A stretch of 64,000 nt of DNA, taken from positions 25,234,001 to 25,298,000 of the forward strand of contig NC_043015.1 in assembly GCF_006345805.1 (NCBI RefSeq), in the 5' to 3' direction. Both the position numbers and the translations under genes were made by a program. Under the pieces are notes generated by a model. That model was not told the DNA's origin, did not search any database, and was given only the letters and a program-made list of their open reading frames with translations. Shown in pieces: positions 53,051 to 64,000 of this stretch; position 1 is the stretch's first letter; every line of letters begins with the position of its first letter. This stretch comes from Octopus sinensis (lineage: Eukaryota).

Positions 53051-53359
53051 GAGAGAGTATTAAGCATCATGGCACCTCATCGTCTTCAAGGAGGCCCAGA
53101 CACCACAACAGGATTGATGTTAGCCCCATAAAAAGCACTGGTGATGGTGCCATGTAAAAAGCACTGGTGATGGTGCCATGTAAAAAGCACGGGTACTTGA
53201 ACCACATAAGAAGCTCTTAGGACACTTTGTAGAGTGATTGTTGTTAAGAAGGGCCATAGAGAGCATGCCAGAATAGAAAATGGGGCCAGTTGCAGCCTCC
53301 AGCCTCATCGGTTTTTGTCAAACCACCCAACCCATGACAGCACGGAAAGCAGACATTAG

Positions 53360-53575
53360 ATGAGGATGAGGATGATGATGATGAGGATGAGGATAATGAT
53401 GATGAGGATGATGATAATGTTGATGATGATGATGATGATGATGATGTTGATGAAGATGATGATGATGATGATGATATCATGATCATGATGAGGATGATCA
53501 TGATGATGATGGTAATGATGATGATGATGATGAGAAGGAGGAGGATGGTGGTGATGATAATGAGGAGGAGGAGGA
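53360..53575. repeat. (GAT/GAG)n trinucleotide tract at the end of an RTE-type 3' UTR copy
   Basis: Direct inspection. Confidence 0.9.
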
Positions 53576-53826
53576 TATAGATTACAGATGTATTGACAGT
53601 GATTGCTTATGAGCTTTTGATATCATAATATGATAATCTACCGCTTAATAAAGCTATAGATTTCAACCGTGATTGCATGTGTGAATAGAATTTTATTATA
53701 AAGAAGTGGCTTGATACACATGTGTGTGTGCATATATATATGTATATATATGTATAAATGTATATAGCTTAACTCTGTAGCATATTATAGCATTGAAGAC
53801 CACCACAGCCAATACATGTGTATGTA

Positions 53827-53861
<35 letters not shown>

Positions 53862-54909
53862 TAGTGCAAGCATGTATGTATTCAAACTAAAATATTAGTT
53901 ATTTTGCAAACAATATTCAGTTAAAAAGTATTCATTTGACAAGAATTTGCGTGTCATGAAACTTTTGTTTTTTCAACTTTAACATTTTCATTTATTTTTA
54001 TTTTTATATTTCTGCTCGAAGTATATTTTTCTTCTTTTTTTTCTTTCCTTTACTTCAAAAATCAATAGAAATGTGATAAAATTAATTTTTATCTGGCAAC
54101 ACAAGAATAATTTTGTTTTTGTTTAGTTTCAAGAAAGAAAGCAAATATATAGAAATGTTGCTATAGAATCATAAGATATTGAATAAAACCTATTGTAACC
54201 AAGGTATACATTTTTTCCTATTTTCTGTATTTTTTTTTCCTTTTTGCCTCCTATTACAACATAGGAAAATATTTACTAGATACTATCTTGAGGATATAAT
54301 AAATTTTACTTTTTAAAATTATTATTATTAGTATCATAATTATCACACATTTTCTTCACTAAATTTTTTCTAGATTAATTCAATTAGTTTTTAAAAATTC
54401 AATTCTCTCAAAAATGTAATCATTCGTAATTTCAAAATTCTATATCATGTAAGTGTTTTCTTAAATTAAATACATATAAAAAAGAATAACAATGATAATA
54501 ATAAACACCCACAATAATTATAGCAGTAATTTAACTTTAAGTAAAAGTTCAGTGAATTGGAAACAGAATAAATATGCGTGTGTCTGTGTGTGTGTATTTC
54601 CATTAATATCTGTATTGGAACAAAACTAAAAGAAACCAGCACAAATGATAACCATTGCTTGAGGCATGCACAAGATGTTTCATGAAGTTGGAAGATTTCG
54701 AAGACTAAAATCATGTTTATCCCATGTCTGTGTACTGCGGATAAAATTGAAACCTTAAAATACTTTTGAAAAAATAAACGAGAAATTAAGAAACTATACA
54801 CCTGATTAAATCAATGTTGTGTATAAATTTTATGCCTGGTTTAGCTTTTTTATCTGTATTTATTAATATTTCTTTTTTGGTAATGAGATGTGTGTGTGCA
54901 TGTGTTTAC

Positions 54910-54950
<41 letters not shown>

Positions 54951-56836
54951 TATATTAATACATATATACACATATATATTCATACATACACACACATATT
55001 TACACATAAATATGCAAACACGTATGCATGTATATACATAACTGTGTGTGTGTGTGGATATATATATATCTATACATACATATATATATATACAGGTAAA
55101 TATACACATATATGCATACACATACATACATAGAAATGTGTATTTGTTTATTTGTAATTTTCAATGCTATTAATATTATTCCACCTATTTTCGATTATTT
55201 AAAATAGTATATTTGGTTACAAGTATTCATTGGACAAGCAGACGGATACCATAAGAAACATATCGGGTTTGTGATACATTTGTACTTACAATGTTATGTA
55301 TGTATGTTTTTCACAATTTTCTTTTGGAAACATTATCCAGAATATGTGTGACAATAAAAAAAGTGTTTGTTCTATTTCCTGTTCCTTTTCATTGTAATCC
55401 TTGTTTCTTATTGTAAGAAACTACAAAATTTAAATACAAAATTTCAAGACAAAAAAAGAAAGAAAAGAAAAGAAAAGGAAGAAAACCAGAAGAGAATACA
55501 TAAAGCTAAAAACAAATTAAAAAACATAGCTTAGCTAAAATGAAATAACCATATTCTCTTCTATCAATAATATTTTAATTTGCAAATATCTTTCGTCTCC
55601 TATTTAGCTTTTTTTTAACACATTCTATTCAAAAGATTCTTTCTTGAAAGTTTCATCATGAAAATACATTCTAATGTGTGTGTGTACACTACTGGGATAG
55701 TCAAGTATTTCCTCTGTAGTAAGGCAACTGTGTTCCTCTGTGATACCTTGACCTGTCACATGGCACACAGCCACTTGTCAAGGTTCTCAGCAGAGAGACC
55801 TTTGCTTTGTAACCTACTCGGCAACCCTGCTGGTTTTGGTGCCCCATAAAAAGCACCCAGTACACTCTGTAAAGTGGTTGACGTTAGGAAGGGCACCCAA
55901 CCTGGTGCAACTCTCTGGGTTACCAGCTTCTGTCAAACTGTCCAACCCATGGAAAATGTACATTAAATGATAATGATGATACACACACACACACACACAC
56001 ACCACACACCACATGATCAAAAGCATTCCTGTAATGTGTGTGATGTTCATTCATTATCTGAGACAACAGAGTGTGCTTTCTTAGACACAAGTGTAGGCAT
56101 GGCTGACTGTGAGGTTAAGAAGGTTGCTTTGCAATCATATGGTTTCAGGTTCAGTCCCTCTTCAAGGCACTTTGAGCAAGAGTTTTCTATAGCCACAGTT
56201 TAACCATTGCCTTGTGAATGAATTTATTAGATAGAAACTGTGTAGAATCCTGTCATATATGTGTGCAAGTGCGTGTGTTTATTTATCCTCACCCTTGCTT
56301 GACAACTGCTGCTAATGTCTCCATTACGTCAAAATACAAGGAAAGAGCCTAACAGAATTAGTACCAAACTTAAGGATCTAACTTAAATCCTTCTATCAAA
56401 ATTCCACATTAACTTATGTTCCAAAAACCTGCTTAATAATGATGTTTTTCAAAAAAGTCTTCATTATTTTAAAAATTATTTGAAATAAAGGTAGGTTTTT
56501 TTCAGCAGAAATATGGTAGCAAAAATGTTGATTGGTCAGAACTATGAAGACTGCAAATCTTGATGAATATCTTGGACTACATTATCAAATGTGTCCTTTT
56601 TCTGTTTTTACTTAAGAGAGAAGGGTGAGCATATGTGGCTGAGTTGGTGTGTTGGTTGAACTGTCGATGCACGCACCCAAGTGTGAGCCTCTATTTACAT
56701 AAGAACCCCATATGGAGAAGCTTTCGAACGTTGCACAAATATTCACTGCACCACTAATACATTAGATTTGGAGAATCCAAGTTAGCTTCTGTTGCTCTTT
56801 CTTTGATAGTCCAAGTATTTCTAGGATTTTGTGTAA

Positions 56837-56885
<49 letters not shown>

Positions 56886-59800
56886 ATGCGTGTGTGTGTG
56901 TGTGTTCTTGTCTTGACAGGTAAAGATGTAAAATGAACATCATCATACAGCTTCTGCTAAAAACATTTCTGGTTGTGAAGAAGTCTTAGCTCACTTGAAA
57001 GCAGGTCAGAGTTAGCAACAGGAAAGGCATCTAGCTATAGATCTGCCTCATTGAATTCCTTTTGGCCCATGCAAGCATGGTAAAGTGGGCGTTAAGACGA
57101 TGATAATGACAACAATTATTAACTGGAATGCATTAAATAAAGTCACCAAAACTGATTAAGCAATTTATTCATGAAGTTAAGGTAAGATCTAACATTTTTG
57201 GCAACTCTGATGGTTAGATAAAATGTTGGGAAAGAATTCCCGGCTTTAGATACGTGGTATCTTACCAATAAATAAATAAATAAATAAATTGATGTCTTCT
57301 GTGTGTAATAGTCAAGTATTTGAGACATAAAAATGTCTTTGAGCTACCAAAAGAGACATTTTGTCTTAAAACATTTACAAGACACAAGAAAATAAACTTT
57401 CTTTTTTATATTTCCTCTTGTCTAAATGTCCAAGATAATTCCTTGATAATGTGATTATAATTTCCCAGACTATTCATTTCATCACTCCACTGTTTACATC
57501 TACAGAAGATATTTCCATTGTTTTGATCTCTGATTAACATCAGGTGTCTAGTTCGTTGATGTGTATACAGCCCCAAATTGTTTTTGAACTATGAACCGTT
57601 ACTTCCCACTAAAGTTAGCCATATTACCACTTCTTTTGTATGCCAGGCCACTGGGCATGCACAGTGTACAACTGCATGAACTGAACTGTATATTGACTAA
57701 ATTGTGTGGTGATCAGGTGGTCATTAGCAAGTTGAGTATAATGCCATGTGACCTTTGATCTGGCTCCCTGTGTTTGGAGTTCAAATACAGTCAATGTCAA
57801 CTTTGCCCCAATGCAATAATAAAGTGATTTCTTCTTTTCTTCTTCCTCCTCCCCTTCCTCCACTCCAGAACAAATCAGATGCATTCACATCTGGAGGAGG
57901 AGGAGGGGCTCCATCATTTGAAATGCACTCAAGGCACACCCAATGTCAAGACAGCACTCCTATGACTTCATCATGAGTTAAGGAACCATTGTCACCACAA
58001 CACCACAACACACACTCACACACACACACACACCTTCCTTGGGGAAATATTATCTTATCTGAAAATAAGTGAAGGCTGGCAACACGAAGAGCCCCTGGTT
58101 GTAGTAAATCTGCCTCAAAGAATATCATATGAACTATACAAGCACAGAAAAGTCAATGATAAAATGATAATACAGGGTCTTAGAAAAGCTTTTTTAAAAA
58201 CAATTGAAATGAAATAAATTAACTGGATATTTATGAGATTATTGCTTTAGATCAAAGAACTGCAAGATTGTGGTTGACCATGGACTTAAACAGTAACACT
58301 TAAACAACATGAATCCATTTCATAAAGCTACCAAATCTCCCTCAACTATCACTTCTATATTGTAAAGTACATGGTTAAAACCATTTTCTTAGGGCAACCT
58401 GACAAAATAAATAGAATTAAATAAAGACAAAGCTATAAATATTTATCACACATTTTATTTGTTCAGGTTAAAACTTAGCAAGAAATAAATTTATTTATAA
58501 AAGCACAAACGATTGAGGCAATCTACTAACTGACCAACTGACCAACCAGCCAACAACAGCAGTGACAATGACCACAGCAACAACACTATATGATATTTAT
58601 AGGCTGAATTTTATAACAAGATTATAAAAGCCTTGCAGAAAGGATCCTGTCAAAGAGGCATTGAGTTTCCCTTCCATTTTTAGATTGACCATTTTCGTCT
58701 CTTCATACCATGATCCTTAGCTCTATGCAGAATAGCAAAAATTCTTAATCTCATGTCCACTCAAAGCAAAATCTCTCTTTAAATAGTACATTTATCTTTA
58801 TTTACTGTGACCAATGCTCAGAGCACAACTATATATTTCCTCGAATAGTGCAATGCAATCTTTGCCTTCTCTGAATGGATGTTTGTATATATATAAATAA
58901 ATATATGCACACAAACACCCCACACACCTCCACACAAACTTACATGCACACACACACACATATGTATATGAGTGTGTATGTATATCTATACATGTATATA
59001 TGTATGTTTTATATGTGTATATATATATATATATATGTACATATACACACAAACATTTATGTATACATATATATGTGTGTGTATGCGTATGTATATAAAC
59101 ATGGCTGTCAGTTACGAATTTTATTTCTAAATCATAGGGCAAGGGATTTCATACACAAACGCGCAGTTTCTATTAATCAAATTCACTCACAAAACATTAA
59201 TCGTCTCAGGGTTATAGTAGAAGACACCTGTGTCACATCGTGGGACTGAACCTGAAACCACAGGATTCCAGAGGAATGCAAAGCAAGCTTCTTAACCAGA
59301 CACACTCATGATCCTGTGTGTATGTCTGTTGAAGTGTGTGTGTGTCAATGTGTATTTTCTTGTGTGAAGGGGTTAGGGATAGAAAGAGAAAAACTGAAAG
59401 ATTTGAAATGTCTCTATTTTAGTTACTATGGAAACACTGATAGAAAGAGAGAGGAAAAGGGTTAGACAATCTTTACATGGGTGCATGTGTATGTATTTGA
59501 GAGAAAGAGAGAGAGAGAGAGAGAGGGGGGGAGGAAATGACGTGTGAGTGAGATTTGTTGTCTCAAAGAATCAAGAACCTCCATCACTGGTCAATACCAG
59601 TTTAATGGAGAGAAATTTCATAGAAACAAAATTTTTACAATGGTATTTGCACAAATCAGTTAATCTGAAGAAAGGTAATTTTCATCTTTTTTTCTAATGA
59701 CGTATGATGTCAGTAAGTGGGAGAAGAACCTTGCCATAGTAACATTCAGATTTCTAATCTGAATATGAAAGTTGAATGTAACTGTCATTTGGCTGGCCTG

Positions 59801-62401
59801 TGTTATTAAAAATGGCCATCTTGCTTCCAAATGATTCTGTTTTTTTTTTTTATATAAATCTAATAGTATAGTGCTTTTATGATCTGTGTCAGGTGAGATA
59901 CGAGACTTTTTTAAAATTCAACAGCTTGGATATATAGCTTTCAGGGAAAGTAACAAAAAGAAAAAAATTACACACATTTTAGAATCTGTGTATGTAAGTT
60001 TGTTGGATTAAACGTATACATACATATGTATGTGTGTGTGCATGTGTACATATAAGTATGTATTTCTTTTGCTGTCTTTCTCTTTGCATGTGTGTATGTA
60101 ATAATTATTTTCAGGATCTAATAGAATCGAGGTATTTTAATAACAAAGACAGTCAAGGACAGCATACACTGTACACAGACACTCATGTACATAGCAAAGC
60201 ATACACGGATTTCTCCTTCCAGTAATGCACACATGCACAACTATAGACTAGACACACCCAACATATTTGTAAAATGGCACAAGACTTTACTCTGACATGC
60301 AGTCCATGGTCCCTGTAAGCACATGATCAAATACAGGGAAGGTAGCAAGTGTGGTGTAGCATAAACAGTAACACAAATGGGCTGAGGTGCACTACAGCTG
60401 TTTCAGACAGGATTTTATTGATGGACAAATCAATTGCATCATATGAAAAAGAAAACCATGTTTTTCAGGGGAATTAAAGCAAAAATATATTTTAGTTGTT
60501 TGAATTTTTCACACAATGGCTATAGAATGGATACTGGCTTTTCATCTCAGTGCAAATTGAGAGAATCTCTCAAATACAAATACATACATACATACATACA
60601 TACATATCTATACATATAAATTTGACATGGGTGATTCTTTCATGTCTTGAGGTTCACAGTCAAATGGCTGGCTGGAATTGCATAAAAATTACACAGATGT
60701 GTAGAATGATCTGGTGATGTTGCTGGGTTTCGTATTTTTTCATAGCTCCCATGGTTACCAAGATAATCTACTGTAATAATACTCTTGTGTTTATGAATGA
60801 GAAAGGAAGGGATAATAGATGAATAAGGAAAGAAGGGGTGATGTCATACTTGGTAGTGGGAGGATGAAAATTGTATGCTGAAAAAATAAATCAAACAACG
60901 TTTCAACTCTGTGTGAATATATGTGTGTGTGTGTGTGCGTAAAAGGGGGTATGTGAATGTGTGTGTGCAATGGAAGTGGGATGATTCATCTTTGTTTGTT
61001 TAGTATTTGGGTTTATTTTTTGATTTCGTTGAATGTTGATTGTCTTCTTTTTTGTTGGTCAGTTATTTTTAACGTTTTGACAGAAAAGAAGTCATTCTAA
61101 AATTGTTTTTTAAAGTAAGTCTGTCCAAACAAGTTGAATGCTTACACAGAACATGTTTTACAGTCACATCATCTGAACCGACCGGGTGAAACTGGGCTTA
61201 GCTGCTAGTTTTATATATATATATAGTCCAGTCTGTGGAGTGGTTGGTGTTAGGAAGGGCATCCAGCTGTAAAAGCCTTTGCCAAAACAGATACAGCAGC
61301 CTGGGGTAGTCTTCTACCTGGCCAGCTCCTGTCAACCATCTTACCTATAATGTATGGAAGATGGACATTAAACGATGATGATAATGACACACAGAACAGG
61401 CTTCTTTCAGTTTCCATTAACCAAATACACTAATAAGGTGGGTTTGAATGGGCCAGGATTATAGTAGATGACATATGCCCAAAGTACCATGCATTGGAAA
61501 GGAACCAAAAAGTACAGGGCTGAGAAGCAAACCAGTAAAAACACACACATAGACACACACACACACATTCACGGGCCCATACAGGCAGTTATGCATCTGC
61601 ACACATACAGAATTATAATAACTGGGATAAATTATGGATGTGAGAAAGATATTCCATGAAATGTAAGTAGTCTCGTAGCAGTACCATATATTTAGAGTTA
61701 TTTGCCAATGTCTATAAGAAATGATAGACAAAAACTTTCAGTCTATGACAAGAATAATCTTATTAATGGTGCTTAAAATATGATATTCTGTAATTCCTCT
61801 CAAGAGCAACCTATATCTGCTAATTAAAACTGAATTTTGGTTAAGCAAATTGAGTAATCACCAACGTTACTGAAAGAAAGACAGCCATATATATTTGCAG
61901 TGTCTTCAATATATAACACAACATAAAACTATGATGTATAAATTATATAGAATGTATTTTGCTACATTATACAATATTATATATGTGAAGTGTAAGCATG
62001 GCTGTGTGGTTAAGAAATTCACTTGAGATCCATGAGACCAGGAGTTCGATCCCACTCTGTGAACATCATTAACTAACATTTTTATATAATAGTCATAGGT
62101 TCCCTAATACCCTCTGAAGAAGCCTATCCATATTTCATCATGATGAACCCTTAATCCCTACACATTTTTTCCTCTCTCCACTTTTTTTTGTTCTCTCTCC
62201 ATTTTCTTTTTCTCTTAGTCCTTTCTTTTGAAGAGCATAGAATTAAAATGTGATAAACTTTTCCTTTCTTCCAAAGTGTCTAACTAATACACCTGCTTGT
62301 TGTTCCTTCACCTGTCTTTATCTTTTGTTTTCTCTAAATTCTATGTATGTATGTATGTATGTATGTATGTATGTATGTATGTATGTATGTATGTATATGT
62401 G

Positions 62402-62489
<88 letters not shown>

Positions 62490-63030
62490 CGTTTTGGGAT
62501 TTGGTTTGCAAGATTCCTTATGTGAGTTCATGTGTTGAAGCATTATTCTGTTGTGTCTACGGAGAGTCATTCCCTTTTAGAGCCTTATTATTTAACACAC
62601 TGACCAGTTCAGTTTTCAATCATTTATTTATTTTTCTAAAATTTTCGTTACATCTTGCAACCTTTTCAATAGTCTTTGACCCGGTCCATTCTCCAAGCTG
62701 CATTCTTTTTGTTTGTTTGTGTGCATGTGTATGGGTCACTTTGTTTACAATACACTGCTGGCAGAAGTAGATGGCAACTAGCTTGAAACTGGGCCAGTTC
62801 CATGATCCTGTTAGCTGATGGAGTGTAAGTAGAGGTCCACTCTCCCTACTAGCGATGTATTGTATATAAAAGATGCAGAACATTGCATTGAGAACCAGCT
62901 GGTGGAGAATTTGCTTGGGGTTAAACTAGTAGTAACATTCAACTGCCACTTGGATGTGGCAACTCTCTTTACTGTTTATAACACGTTACTACTCTGTCTC
63001 GTCTTCAGATTTTTATAACAAGCTTCTTTG

Positions 63031-63071
<41 letters not shown>

Positions 63072-63092
63072 ATTATTATTATTATTGTTATT

Positions 63093-63550
63093 GAGTGAGC
63101 GAGCAGAGCATGCCATCAAAGTGACACTGGGGTAAAATATACGAAGCCCAGTATACCCATCATGACTACCCGTCTGATAAGAGTACACCAGGCGCATGCA
63201 TCACAACCATATGTGTGCGACATGGTGATCTCATATCAAGATAAACAGCACATGACCTTGCAGGTGGAGCCCAGTTAGAATTTTCTTCACATCGAGTAAC
63301 CCATCCCACTCAAAAGGTCCCTGAATAAGGGTTGTTTAAGGACGTTGAACGAAACACCCATGTTTCCAAAGGTGAATTATTCAAACCCCAAAGAATCCTT
63401 CTCAACACATGGCTATGATGCTCCCCCACTACTTCTGCTCGTGATCAGAGATGCACATATCGTCAGCCACTAAGGGACATGGTCAACTGGTTAAGGTCAA
63501 ACAACTGACAAGCAAATCTGTGGTATTGAGCAGAATATTTGCTGTAGCCC
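63093..63550 (-). mobile_element. About 460-bp non-coding interspersed element inserted in (ATT)n
   Basis: GC-richer block bounded on both sides by (ATT)n; its end (63504-63550) matches 25617-25662. Confidence 0.6.
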
Positions 63551-64000
63551 ACATTATTATTATTATTATTATTATTATTAGGAAAGATTAGTTCCAAGTC
63601 CACAGGAATGAGACATTCAAATTAGAGGTACTGAAGTACTTCTCTCAATATTTTATTCATAAATATAAAAGTAGTTTTAGAGACAGAACCACCCTCAACT
63701 CAATCAGCATTGAAAGATGTTATACCCGACCGAGCCATAAAATATTAAATATGATACTGTATCTATTCATAATCCCATACTTTCCATTTTAAAGACAACA
63801 CGTATTTCATGACAGTATGTTAGGTATTTTTGAGATATAAGGTCTCTAGTTTCAATACTCAATTAGATTGACATACTTCCAATCTTCAGGTCTGGATTCT
63901 ACACATTTATTGCTCTATCTACATCTTATATAACTCAATGAAAATTGAAATTATTTGACTAAAAATCGTTAACATAATTTTAATTTACAAATTTATGAAT

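Noticed and set aside
57869-57976. Possible terminal exon (pyrimidine tract + CAG, NKSDAFTSGGGGGAPSF...*)
   Set aside because: The pyrimidine tract may be a simple repeat; no homology or upstream exon can be supported.
59822-59832. YY1-like double site AAAATGGCCATCTT near 59810-59822 and CRE-like TGACGT at ~59698
   Set aside because: Short motifs expected by chance, with no supporting promoter context.

Overview
AT-rich, microsatellite-dense eukaryotic DNA. The SINE/LINE repertoire looks like a coleoid cephalopod (octopus-like) genome; this is recalled from memory, not from a search. I found no host protein-coding exon I can support, and most ORF-track entries are translations of (TA)n, (CA)n, (ATT)n or (GA)n repeats. 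The window is mostly retroelements: a decayed Penelope-like element (RT + GIY-YIG, 2.95-4.74 kb, minus); RTE-clade LINEs (one long, nearly intact RT frame at 14.3-15.8 kb plus several relics); a same-strand cluster of R4/Dong-type LINE 3' ends in (ATT)n arrays (22.4-25.6 kb); three pieces of one CR1-like LINE family (28.2, 35.5-38.4, 42.9-44.2 kb); and many tRNA-derived SINEs. The most notable signal is a set of type I hammerhead ribozyme (HHR) motifs in non-coding repeat units. These are: a very young 362-bp tandem+inverted retrozyme-like array (51.2-52.1 kb) whose HHR has a compensated U3-A8 core pair; a circularly permuted ~355-bp unit with a near-canonical HHR (48-657); an HHR with a long stem II insertion (28.9 kb); and a tRNA-headed SINE with a decayed HHR-like tail (50.8-51.1 kb). 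Also notable are a LINE/SINE shared 3' tail whose hairpin covaries and several fold-back inverted duplications.
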